Shown here in pieces: positions 8,918-17,567 of a stretch of DNA of 64,000 nucleotides. The stretch's first letter is position 1, and each line of letters opens with the position of its first letter. Under the pieces are notes generated by a model. It was not told the origin of the DNA and searched no databases. It was given only the letters and a program-made list of their open reading frames with translations. Source of the stretch: a virus; the IMG/VR virus record IMGVR_UViG_3300045988_127492, positions 32,001-96,000 of that record; one strand, written 5' to 3'. A program made the position numbers and the translations under genes.

Positions 8918-11494
8918 ATGGCATTGATTCCTGTATTTTACACTGCATCTACAAAAGATATAGCAGAAAAATCATATGAACAAGGAATTTTAAAATATCC
9001 AGGAATATGCTGGATACAAGATATTGAAACTATTGTATATGTATCATCTGATAATGAGCTACATTATGCAAAAGGAAATGAACAGATTGACAAAGTTATA
9101 GGTGCAGTTTCTGGACATTTGCCAGCACTTAATGATGACGGAAGTTTGGTCGACTCCGGCAAATCGGTTAATGACTTCGAAGCTGCCGGTGCTGCTGCAT
9201 CTGCTTTAGCTGATGCAAAATCATATATAAATAAAAAGATCTCAGAATTAATTAATGGTGCTCCTGAGACGGCAGATACATTAAAAGAATTAAGCGATCT
9301 TGTTTCTCAGAATAAAGACGTAATTACTTCTTTAGATACCTTGCTGTCTAAAAAAGCAGATATAACAGCAATTCCCACCACTCTTCCAAATCCTAATGCA
9401 TTAACATTTTCCGGACTAGTTGAAGGTAATTACGATGGCTCTGAAGCTGTGAATATTGAAGTACCACAGGATATATGGATTCATGTAACTATAGATTCTT
9501 CTGGACATATTAGCGAAAGAGATACAACATTTGAAAAAATTGATAACTATTATACATCTCATCCAAGTAACAATATATTCATGTCATGTTTAATAGATAA
9601 TATTGAATATATTGGGACATTGGAATCTGCTTCTCCGGGAAATAGTTATACGTTTGGAGTTATGTCTTGTCCCACAGTAGATGCAACAGTTAATGGAATA
9701 ACTAAAAAAAGTATTACAATATATGAAAATGATGGTTATGGTATAGATAATGTTATATTAAGCATACCTTCTGTTAGAGTTAGTGGGGGTATTACTTTTG
9801 AAAGAGCTGTGTGTAAACTTCTTGCGAGAGCTAATATTGGTTACGTAATACGCCCAGGTAGTTATGATGGTGGTGATTATTACTTGGTTATCAAAACTAA
9901 TTTTGATAGAGGACGTGGAGGATGCCTAGTATATGATAGATATGGAACATTTAAATCATATAGATACACTTTAATGAACGGTGAGGAGTGGACTATTACT
10001 CCTACCAGTTCTCCTAACATTATCTCAATAACTACAAAAAATGGAAAATATTATAGCTCACATAACTTTAATGAGATAAAAAAAATAAATCCAGAAAATA
10101 TGCTTGTTTGTTATAACAATGCATACGGACGTTTAGTATCAATGGATGATAATAAGGCTATATTTAAGATTCTAAAGTCTACTGTCGTTCCTTTCGACGT
10201 ATATATCCGCATTAATTCTGATGATTCTGTTGAAGTTAAACAAGGAATCCCATATGCTGATTTAAATAAAAGTGATGATAACACATATACTCTTGATCTA
10301 TCAGAGATATTTATGAACTATGACTTTGCTATAATTTATTATGATGATACAACACAATCCTCTTATTTAGGAAAAATGTACAAAAACACAAATGATGGGA
10401 CAATATTTAGAATATGGCTGAAAACTGAAATCATGGATGTTACGGTTAATCTTAGTGAAATAAATGATGATACCGATTTATCAGCGGTGCCTGTTACAGT
10501 AGAAAAGAAAAGTATAGTACCGTCTACTTTACCTAACCCTAATAAACTTACGTTTGAGGGTGCTGTAACTGCTGAATATGATGGTTCTGGTGCTGTAACT
10601 GTATCTATTCCAGAAGTAAATGATGCTGTTATTAATTCATCTGATACTTGGAGTTCCCAAAAGATTTATAATGAGATCGCTCCATTAAAGAAATCCCTAG
10701 AAGACGGTATACAATCCGACTGGAACCAAAACGATGACACTGCTGTTAATTATGTTAAAAACAGACCATTTTACACATATTACGTTGAAGCTACTTTTAA
10801 TTACAATCCAGATGAGGACGACAATATACTCGAAGGATTTGTACCATTTAAAGAAGGGGATAATGTTACCGTCAAGATTGATGGTATAGAATATTCAAAG
10901 AGAGCATGCTCTATGCAAGACGGCGGTGATACAACAATAGTCTATATCGGAGACGATCCGAGTAACCAAGATTCCTTTAACTGGAGTATTGGTTGTGTTT
11001 ATGATCCATTGGAAAATGCAGTAATAGCATTCATCTCGAAAGAACCTCATTCTATAACATATAAAAAAGAACAGTTTCATACAATTGATCCAAGATATAT
11101 CCCTGTTTCAACGAGAATATTACAAACAGACGAGGATGTTTTTGGTAGTAGCATAATATCAGGAACACGAATTGCGTCAACTCGTGCGAATCCATATCCA
11201 AATAAAGAAACATTAACCAAACTGTCCGTGGAAACTTTTAATAAAATGCTGAACAGATCTATAAGACTACCCGATTTTGTCAACGTAGAGGGAAATATAG
11301 CATCTATTAGACGGTCAGGCGGGAAAATATACGTTACATGGTCAAGTGTTGGTTTTTATTATCAAAATAAAGTTGGACTAGCAGGTGCTAATCATAATTT
11401 CTTTGAGGCTGTAATATGCGAAGATGATGCCAATCCAGGTACTATTATATCAAAATATGGATTTGTTACCATTTCTGATAAGACGATATCCTAA
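8918..11494 (+). CDS. Tail fibre / receptor-binding protein
   Basis: The ATG at 8918 is 9 nt downstream of AAAGGTAGG; the track's GTG at 8909 is less likely. It carries the fibre motif GAPETADTLKELSDLV and a duplicated TLPNPNxLTF...YDGS module. Confidence 0.7.
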   Translation: MALIPVFYTASTKDIAEKSYEQGILKYPGICWIQDIETIVYVSSDNELHYAKGNEQIDKVIGAVSGHLPALNDDGSLVDSGKSVNDFEAAGAAASALADAKSYINKKISELINGAPETADTLKELSDLVSQNKDVITSLDTLLSKKADITAIPTTLPNPNALTFSGLVEGNYDGSEAVNIEVPQDIWIHVTIDSSGHISERDTTFEKIDNYYTSHPSNNIFMSCLIDNIEYIGTLESASPGNSYTFGVMSCPTVDATVNGITKKSITIYENDGYGIDNVILSIPSVRVSGGITFERAVCKLLARANIGYVIRPGSYDGGDYYLVIKTNFDRGRGGCLVYDRYGTFKSYRYTLMNGEEWTITPTSSPNIISITTKNGKYYSSHNFNEIKKINPENMLVCYNNAYGRLVSMDDNKAIFKILKSTVVPFDVYIRINSDDSVEVKQGIPYADLNKSDDNTYTLDLSEIFMNYDFAIIYYDDTTQSSYLGKMYKNTNDGTIFRIWLKTEIMDVTVNLSEINDDTDLSAVPVTVEKKSIVPSTLPNPNKLTFEGAVTAEYDGSGAVTVSIPEVNDAVINSSDTWSSQKIYNEIAPLKKSLEDGIQSDWNQNDDTAVNYVKNRPFYTYYVEATFNYNPDEDDNILEGFVPFKEGDNVTVKIDGIEYSKRACSMQDGGDTTIVYIGDDPSNQDSFNWSIGCVYDPLENAVIAFISKEPHSITYKKEQFHTIDPRYIPVSTRILQTDEDVFGSSIISGTRIASTRANPYPNKETLTKLSVETFNKMLNRSIRLPDFVNVEGNIASIRRSGGKIYVTWSSVGFYYQNKVGLAGANHNFFEAVICEDDANPGTIISKYGFVTISDKTIS
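9371..9469 (+). repeat. Copy 1 of the 33-codon intragenic module (IPTTLPNPNALTFSGLVEGNYDGSEAVNIEVPQ)
   Basis: Read directly from the translation of the fibre gene. Confidence 0.8.
10517..10615 (+). repeat. Copy 2 of the 33-codon intragenic module (VPSTLPNPNKLTFEGAVTAEYDGSGAVTVSIPE)
   Basis: Read directly from the translation of the fibre gene. Confidence 0.8.
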
Positions 11495-11600
11495 TATTTT
11501 TAATTAACAGGAGAAATTTGATAGTAATTTGGACGTTTCTGCGTATTAATATATACTAAAATATGTAAGTGAAATTAAAACTACATAAGAATAATAGGAA

Positions 11601-12023
11601 CTATCGAGTTGACTTGATTGATAAACATATAGGCAGGATGGTAACTGCTACTCTCCTGCCTATGAATATCATTTGTGGATTTCTAATAATAAGGTACGAA
11701 TCTGTTTGTAATACATTGAGAGGGCTATCGTTATCTCCGATTGCAACAAATCTATTTGTATCGTTTTCAATAAGTTTTCTGATATAATCAAATGCATGTA
11801 AAGTATGTATAAAGCTTTGCATCTGTTCATATGTGATAACATGTACATCATCTGCCATCTCAAATATAAGAATTTTGAGACCTTTTCGATGCTTATACGT
11901 TTTAATGAAGTCATTAATTTCTTTTTCATCAGAAGTGTTAATTTCATCTACTACATAGCTTTCGATGTGGTCGATTCTTATACAGAGTAACTTGATGTAA
12001 TTTTTAATCTCGTATAACGCCAT
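11601..12023 (-). CDS. Hypothetical protein; accessory gene in reverse orientation
   Basis: Very strong RBS (GAAAGGAGGTGG, then 6 nt, then ATG). It is the only minus-strand gene inside the plus-strand late region. Confidence 0.55.
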   Translation of the reverse strand: MALYEIKNYIKLLCIRIDHIESYVVDEINTSDEKEINDFIKTYKHRKGLKILIFEMADDVHVITYEQMQSFIHTLHAFDYIRKLIENDTNRFVAIGDNDSPLNVLQTDSYLIIRNPQMIFIGRRVAVTILPICLSIKSTR

Positions 12024-12157
12024 TGTTTTCCACCTCCTTTCTGGTCATGGTAGGAAAATTATATATGTAATACGATACAATTTCATTAGTAAACGATTGG
12101 TAAAAATGGAAATGAATGGTAAATAAAAGATAGTTTTCATAACTTAAAGCAAATTAT

Positions 12158-12192
12158 GAGAGTCTTGTGTGATAACAAGGCTCTTTATTTTT
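12158..12192 (+). terminator. Hairpin plus T-run between divergent genes
   Basis: GAGAGTCTTGT...ACAAGGCTCTT followed by TATTTTTAT. Confidence 0.4.
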
Positions 12193-12213
12193 ATAGAAAA
12201 ATGAGGTGAACGA

Positions 12214-12393
12214 ATGAAAAGAGAAACACCTTTATATTGTTGCTATTCTCTTGAACAGAGAAAATTTTTAACTAAGAAAAATATCAAATATGAAATTGTA
12301 GGATTGAATCCAAATAATCAACAAATGTTTTGGGTTTATATCAGAAGTAAGGAATTAAATGATGCTTTGAATTTATGGACTGCTAGGAAATAG
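12214..12393 (+). CDS. Small protein, DUF5659-like (59 aa, below the ORF-track cut-off)
   Basis: GAGGTGAAC RBS. MKRETPLYCCYSLEQRKFLTKKNIKYEIVGLNPNNQQMFWVYIRSKELNDALNLWTARK resembles small clostridial-phage DUF5659 proteins (from memory). Confidence 0.4.
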   Translation: MKRETPLYCCYSLEQRKFLTKKNIKYEIVGLNPNNQQMFWVYIRSKELNDALNLWTARK

Positions 12394-12433
12394 CGGTTCT
12401 TTTTTATGTTTAATTTTGAGGAGGAATTTTATT

Positions 12434-13441
12434 ATGGGAAACGATTGTTATACTGTTTACAAACATACAACACCAAATAATAAATATTACATTGGAATTA
12501 CCGGTCAAAACCCATTAAAACGTTGGCAAAATGGATATGGATATAAAGGCCAAATATTTTTTTATGCTATTCAAAAATATGGTTGGGATAATATCACGCA
12601 TGAAATCATTAAAGAAAATCTCACTGAAGAAGAAGCCCAACAATTAGAAATAGAGTTGATAGCTAAATATAGAAGTAATCAAGCCGATTTTGGATATAAT
12701 GTTTCATCCGGAGGTAAAGGAACTCATCATGCAAATACTGGATGCATGGATGAAAATAATTTAAAACATTATTCTCGTCCTGTAAATCAATATGATATAA
12801 AATTCAATTTTATTTCTAGTTATATAAGCATTGCTGATGCGGCATTAAAGACAAATACAAATCCATATGCATTATCTAACGCATGTAATCAACGTTTATT
12901 AACTGCTAATGGTTATATATGGATACATAAAGATTGTGACAATCTACAATATAGAGAAAAACTAAAACAAAAACTATTTGATAATAAACATTATAATAAT
13001 CAGTCAACATATGCATGCAGACCTGTTATATGTTTTGATTATCAACTAAATTATATCTGTACATACAAAAGTATTAATTCTGCTAAAACAGCAATTAATA
13101 AAAATAACGGGCAACCGATATTTCTTTCTTGTGTTTCTCAGCAATACTCAGCTTACGGATATGTGTGGCGTTTTGCTGATGAAATTTCAGATCTGTCAAT
13201 TTTTCAAAAAGATAATTCTTATCTCATCCCCAATAAATACAAAACCATTCTCAAATTTAATTTAAATAAAGACTTTATTTGTAAATATGAAAATTCTATA
13301 GCTGCTTCAAAAGACGAAGATAATAACATCACGACTAGCAGAGTTATTGAAATATGTAAGCGAAATAGAAACTACTGTAATGGCTATATTTACCGATTTG
13401 AGGATGATTGTGAATTTAACATTCAAAAGGAGGCTGCATAA
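12434..13441 (+). CDS. GIY-YIG homing endonuclease, free-standing (I-TevI/Seg-like)
   Basis: GAGGAGG RBS before the ATG at 12434. Motifs YTVYKHT...KYYIGIT...RWQNGYGY...E(x)ELI. Three C-terminal repeats of the type 'RPV.QYD....Y.S...A......GY.W' (DNA-binding modules). Confidence 0.8.
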   Translation: MGNDCYTVYKHTTPNNKYYIGITGQNPLKRWQNGYGYKGQIFFYAIQKYGWDNITHEIIKENLTEEEAQQLEIELIAKYRSNQADFGYNVSSGGKGTHHANTGCMDENNLKHYSRPVNQYDIKFNFISSYISIADAALKTNTNPYALSNACNQRLLTANGYIWIHKDCDNLQYREKLKQKLFDNKHYNNQSTYACRPVICFDYQLNYICTYKSINSAKTAINKNNGQPIFLSCVSQQYSAYGYVWRFADEISDLSIFQKDNSYLIPNKYKTILKFNLNKDFICKYENSIAASKDEDNNITTSRVIEICKRNRNYCNGYIYRFEDDCEFNIQKEAA

Positions 13442-13442
13442 T

Positions 13443-15128
13443 ATGGCAACAAAATTACTAGATATTAGTTTCTGGCAGGATACTTTAGATTTTGCCAAAA
13501 TCAAAAAAGCTGGATACGATAATATTATTCTTCGTGCAGGATATGGAACTACTATTGATTCCAAATTCAATGAGTATGCTAATGCTTGTAAAAAAAATAA
13601 CATTAATATTGTAGCTGTATATTGGTTTATATATGCTACAAACACTTCCGAAGTAAAAGCCAATGCAAATAAATGCTTAGAAGTAATTAAAGCATATAAA
13701 CCTAAAATCGTATTCGCCGACTTTGAATATGACACTGTTACGAAGGCTGCTAAGAAAGGTGTAAAACTTGGTGCAAAAGAATGTGATAGTTTTACTATTG
13801 AATTTTGCGAAACAGTTAAAAAAGCAGGATATACTCCAGGATACTATGCCAATACAGATTATTACAAGAATATGTACTCTTCTGTAAAAAACAAAGGTTA
13901 TGTATTCTGGTTAGCTCATTATAAATCAGATTATTCATATCATGAACCACCTATTAAATGTGATTTCTTTCAGTACACAGACAGAGGTACTGTACCTGGT
14001 CTAACAGGTAAAAAATTTGATACTAACGTCTGTTTCTCTGAGAAATATCTCTCTAAAACTTCTTCCACTTCTACAAATAAACCCAACACAAAACCTACAA
14101 CATCCTCTATAACAATTGATCAAGCAATTGATGCTCTTATTGCTACTGCTAGAGCTGAAGTTGGGTATTTAGAGAAAAAATCTAATTCTCAGCTTGATAG
14201 TAAGATTGCGAATGCAGGTTCTGCTAACTATACTAAGTACTGGAGAGACGTAAAACCAGAATGGAATGGATATGCGTGGTGTGCAGCGTTCGTCTCTTGG
14301 CTTATGATGAAAACATTCGGCTTAGAAACAGCTAAAAAGCTTCTTAAACATTGGCCTTATACATACTGTCCAGCTATGAAAGACTATTTCACATTATATG
14401 CAAATCCTCAGCGAGGAGATATTGTAATTTTTTATCGCAAAGGTAAATTTGCTCATACAGGATTAGTTACTAAAGTCGAAGGTGATAAATTCTATACTAT
14501 CGAAGGAAATACTTCTTCAGGATCAGAAATTATCCCAAATGGTGGTGCTGTATGTGCCAAAAGTTATTACAATTCTCAGCTTCCGGGTACAAAGTTCTGT
14601 AGACCGGATTACTCTATTGTCACATCTATTCTGACTTCTAATACCACTTCTAACAGTTCCAATCCAGCCTCAAATCCAGTATACGCAGCATGGGTAGGTT
14701 CTTGTACAGCTAACGGAACAGACGTGTTCTCAGGTGCTACAGGAGCTTCTAAGTTAGCTACATATCCTAAGCTGAACAAGGGAAATCTTGTTGATGTTAT
14801 CGGTGAATCCGGATCAAGATATCAGGTTCGTATCGCGGCAAAATATATCGGCTATGTAGAGAAATCTAACATCAAAAATCCTAATGCTGCTACAACAACT
14901 ACTAAGAAATATCCTTTTGTAGGAAAAGTAACTGCAAATGAACTCAATGTTCGTACTGGTGCAGGTAAAAGCTATAGTAATTTATCAGCTTATCCCATAC
15001 TTAAAATGGACAACTTGGTAGATGTCCTCCGTGCTACAAAAGATACCGCCGGTACAAAGTGGTATAAGATCAAAATTGCAGGTAAATATACTGGTTATGT
15101 TTCCGCTCAGTATATTACTAAGGTATAA
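13443..15128 (+). CDS. Endolysin: GH25 muramidase + CHAP/NlpC-P60 peptidase + 2x SH3
   Basis: AGGAGG RBS before the ATG at 13443. LLDISFWQD...ILRAGYG is the GH25 signature; NGYAWCAAFVSW...HTGLV...EGNTS is the CHAP signature. Two C-terminal SH3-like repeats end ...YIGYVEKSNI and ...YTGYVSAQYI. Confidence 0.85.
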   Translation: MATKLLDISFWQDTLDFAKIKKAGYDNIILRAGYGTTIDSKFNEYANACKKNNINIVAVYWFIYATNTSEVKANANKCLEVIKAYKPKIVFADFEYDTVTKAAKKGVKLGAKECDSFTIEFCETVKKAGYTPGYYANTDYYKNMYSSVKNKGYVFWLAHYKSDYSYHEPPIKCDFFQYTDRGTVPGLTGKKFDTNVCFSEKYLSKTSSTSTNKPNTKPTTSSITIDQAIDALIATARAEVGYLEKKSNSQLDSKIANAGSANYTKYWRDVKPEWNGYAWCAAFVSWLMMKTFGLETAKKLLKHWPYTYCPAMKDYFTLYANPQRGDIVIFYRKGKFAHTGLVTKVEGDKFYTIEGNTSSGSEIIPNGGAVCAKSYYNSQLPGTKFCRPDYSIVTSILTSNTTSNSSNPASNPVYAAWVGSCTANGTDVFSGATGASKLATYPKLNKGNLVDVIGESGSRYQVRIAAKYIGYVEKSNIKNPNAATTTTKKYPFVGKVTANELNVRTGAGKSYSNLSAYPILKMDNLVDVLRATKDTAGTKWYKIKIAGKYTGYVSAQYITKV

Positions 15129-15140
15129 AGGAGGCACAAC

Positions 15141-15689
15141 ATGGGAATAGAGCAAATTCAGAAAATCCATGAGTTTGGTGAGATAAATGTTGTCATTGTT
15201 GTGCTTCTTGTTGCTGCATTAGTTATTGCTCTTAAAGCTGGTTGGGAAAAGTTATTAGATGCACTTGGACTTGAAACTAAGTCTTCTCTGGAGAAGAAAG
15301 CTCTGGAAACTAAGATAGCTGAACTTGAAAAAAAGATTGCAGATTTTGAACAAAGTCAGCACACATACCATGATCAGTCTATCAGTATTAGAGATGATCT
15401 AAAGACAAATCAATCTACTCTAAGTGCTCAACTTACTGATCTGACGAACTTAATGCAAAACTTTATTCACAACCAAGATGAATGTACTGTAGCATCATTT
15501 AGAAGTTCTCTCTGGAGAATGCATAGAGATTTTATGTCTCAGGGATATATTACACCAGATGGATTAAAAACATTTCTGGAAATGGGGAAATTGTACGAGA
15601 AGGCCGGTGGAAATGATATTTATCATGAGAAGCTTCTTCCTGATATTGAATCATTGGAGGTTAGATATACAAAAGACAGTGTACTATAG
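15141..15689 (+). CDS. Membrane-anchored coiled-coil protein (possible holin or lysis accessory)
   Basis: AAGGAGG RBS. N-terminal TM helix VVIVVLLVAALVIAL followed by a coiled coil. It lies directly after the endolysin. Confidence 0.45.
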   Translation: MGIEQIQKIHEFGEINVVIVVLLVAALVIALKAGWEKLLDALGLETKSSLEKKALETKIAELEKKIADFEQSQHTYHDQSISIRDDLKTNQSTLSAQLTDLTNLMQNFIHNQDECTVASFRSSLWRMHRDFMSQGYITPDGLKTFLEMGKLYEKAGGNDIYHEKLLPDIESLEVRYTKDSVL

Positions 15690-15706
15690 GGAGATTATGT
15701 GCTAAA

Positions 15707-15940
15707 ATGAAAAAGTATACAAACGAATCAAAGCGAAATGATTATAAATGGTTCACACTTCATAAAGAAGATTTGTACAATAGATACGGACATAAATACA
15801 TTGCTATTCGTAATAAGCGTATACTTGGAGCTTTTAGTAATTCATATGATGCATATACATCTATTAAACCATCAGGAACATATTCTGTATATGAATTACT
15901 TGATCCTAAAGAACCAATAAAAATTTATATTCCGCAGTAA
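15707..15940 (+). CDS. Small protein, DUF5678-like
   Basis: The core W.....DLYNRYGHKYIAIRNKRILG resembles DUF5678 (from memory). It lies 10 nt upstream of the aspartic protease gene. Confidence 0.4.
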   Translation: MKKYTNESKRNDYKWFTLHKEDLYNRYGHKYIAIRNKRILGAFSNSYDAYTSIKPSGTYSVYELLDPKEPIKIYIPQ

Positions 15941-15950
15941 GAGAGACATT

Positions 15951-16415
15951 ATGAAAGCCAAATCGTTTACATATATCACAAGAGAAAAACCACGACAATT
16001 GATAACTATAGTAAAAATACATTCAAAATATGCCAAACAGTATAATGATATTAATAAGCCATGGAGAGCTTTATGGGATACTGGAGCAACAAATTCATGT
16101 ATTTCATCTAATGTTGTTAATTATTTAAATTTAGAAGTAAATGATTCTGCTTCGATTCAAACCGCTGGTGGGATTTATCATACCAAACAATATCTTATAG
16201 ATGTTGAACTAACAAATGGTGTAATTATAGAGGATATTCCTATGTTTAATGCTGAATTAGACGGTTATGACATGTTAATAGGAATGGATATAATATGTCA
16301 AGGTGATTTTTCTATTACTTCATCAAATAGTCTTACAAAATTCTCATTTCGAATACCGCATAAGAAACATGTGGATTATTCAATTAATGAGAAGAAAGCT
16401 TCTTTAAAATTGTAA
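15951..16415 (+). CDS. Retropepsin-like (clan AA) aspartic protease
   Basis: Catalytic-type motif ALWDTGATNSCIS plus the C-terminal MLIGMDII motif. At 154 aa it is the size of a single lobe. Confidence 0.6.
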   Translation: MKAKSFTYITREKPRQLITIVKIHSKYAKQYNDINKPWRALWDTGATNSCISSNVVNYLNLEVNDSASIQTAGGIYHTKQYLIDVELTNGVIIEDIPMFNAELDGYDMLIGMDIICQGDFSITSSNSLTKFSFRIPHKKHVDYSINEKKASLKL

Positions 16416-16422
16416 AGTTTAT

Positions 16423-16459
16423 GGGTAGTCAGGCGTTATGCTTGGCTACCCATTTTTTT
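16423..16459 (+). terminator. Rho-independent terminator closing the late/lysis transcription unit
   Basis: GGGTAGTC...GGCTACCC stem followed by a T7 run. Confidence 0.65.
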
Positions 16460-16857
16460 ACTTTTATGTTATACTACTCTCTCAGAGAGGTGAACAAATG
16501 AAAAGATATGAATATAAACCAGGCTTCTGCAAGCTGCTCCACTATAACGGATTATGGAGAGTTGAATGTCAATGAGTACCTGGACATTTCAGAAAAGTGA
16601 AGATGGTCTGTCCATGTATCAAAGACGGATGTGGTCAGGATTGTGAAGTGTTTGAAACTGTAGCTGATGTTAAGGATCCGAGTATGGAATGGCATATGTG
16701 AAACGAATCGGGAGATATGATTGGATGAGTCCGTTTTTCGTCGATTTATTTCGATAAATATTTAGTATTTGCGACCAATTTCCGACAAAATTTCCTTCTT
16801 AAATAATGTATAGTAAACGTACATTATATATCGAATTTAGAGGAGGAAACATGAATT

Positions 16858-17139
16858 ATGGTGAATTACGGTAACGCAGATTTTATTTATGACCTTATGA
16901 CAGGAGTATATAATCGAAGGATTATAAAAGATTCTTTAAAGGATATTGTTCCGGAAGATAAACTTTTCGAGAGTGCCATGGGTGAGATATACGAAGCCAG
17001 GATTCGGATCTGCGATAAGATGGGATTAGAGTTGGATGAAAATACAGATCTGAATATCATCACGGACAATTATTCCGCGCTCTGTAGATATCTCTGCCGC
17101 AAAATGTTCTTATACGGTACAAACCTGCAGAAAATATAA
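16858..17139 (+). CDS. Hypothetical accessory protein next to attP
   Basis: GAGGAGG RBS upstream, own terminator downstream, and locally less AT-rich sequence. Confidence 0.4.
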   Translation: MVNYGNADFIYDLMTGVYNRRIIKDSLKDIVPEDKLFESAMGEIYEARIRICDKMGLELDENTDLNIITDNYSALCRYLCRKMFLYGTNLQKI

Positions 17140-17187
17140 TTATTTAGTACATACACACTTATTCAGGCGTAAAATTTAAACGAACTA

Positions 17188-17229
17188 AAAAGGACAGTCG
17201 AGCGTAATACTCTTCTGTCCTTTGTTTTT
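17188..17229 (+). terminator. Rho-independent terminator
   Basis: AGGACAG...CTGTCCT stem followed by TTGTTTTT. Confidence 0.55.
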
Positions 17230-17567
17230 ACCGGAATGTTGCTATCAATATATCATCTACCTCCTCTGATAGTTATTTTTAGGAAAATCTTCTCATTGTA
17301 CTGCTTGATTTGTTGACACCATCTGTACACCATTTTGGTGTCAGGTTACGTGAAGATATAATACAATACGTGAATATCAATTCCTTAAATTCAATAGTTG
17401 ATGCTGAAAAGTGGATATGTTACTACGATCTAAAAAACGCTTGTATGAATGTCTTCTACTTATATTTTATTCTGCATAATGCTTGAAGCGCATGGATATG
17501 TAATGACCTGAGATGTGTTTTACACCATTTTTACACCGTTTAATTAAGATAAGCAATTATGAGGCAT
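17230..17567. other. Candidate attP region
   Basis: Non-coding stretch that abuts the 3' end of int. It contains the inverted repeat TGACACCA(14 nt)TGGTGTCA at 17314-17343. TACACCATTTT occurs at 17326 and 17521, and TACACC again at 17532. Confidence 0.35.

Noticed and set aside
12416-13443. Longer N-terminal extensions offered by the ORF track, for example the start at 12416 for the GIY-YIG gene and 13347 for the endolysin. Other examples are 19618, 20550, 23597, 27062, 45902, 48315, 48878 and 58857.
   Set aside because: In each case an internal ATG or TTG has a canonical RBS at proper spacing and/or abuts the upstream stop codon, while the extended start lacks an RBS and overlaps the neighbouring gene extensively.
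16858-17139. A diguanylate cyclase (GGDEF) call, based on DLMTGVYNRR.
   Set aside because: Only the opening motif of the domain is present. The ORF is 93 aa with no GG(D/E)EF motif. At most it is a remnant or an unrelated small protein.
16416-17567. A prophage/host junction, with host DNA beginning after the lysis genes.
   Set aside because: Integrase, excisionase and then 45 kb of phage genes continue on the other side, so the phage sequence is contiguous across this region. It is interpreted as an intact attP plus accessory cargo.
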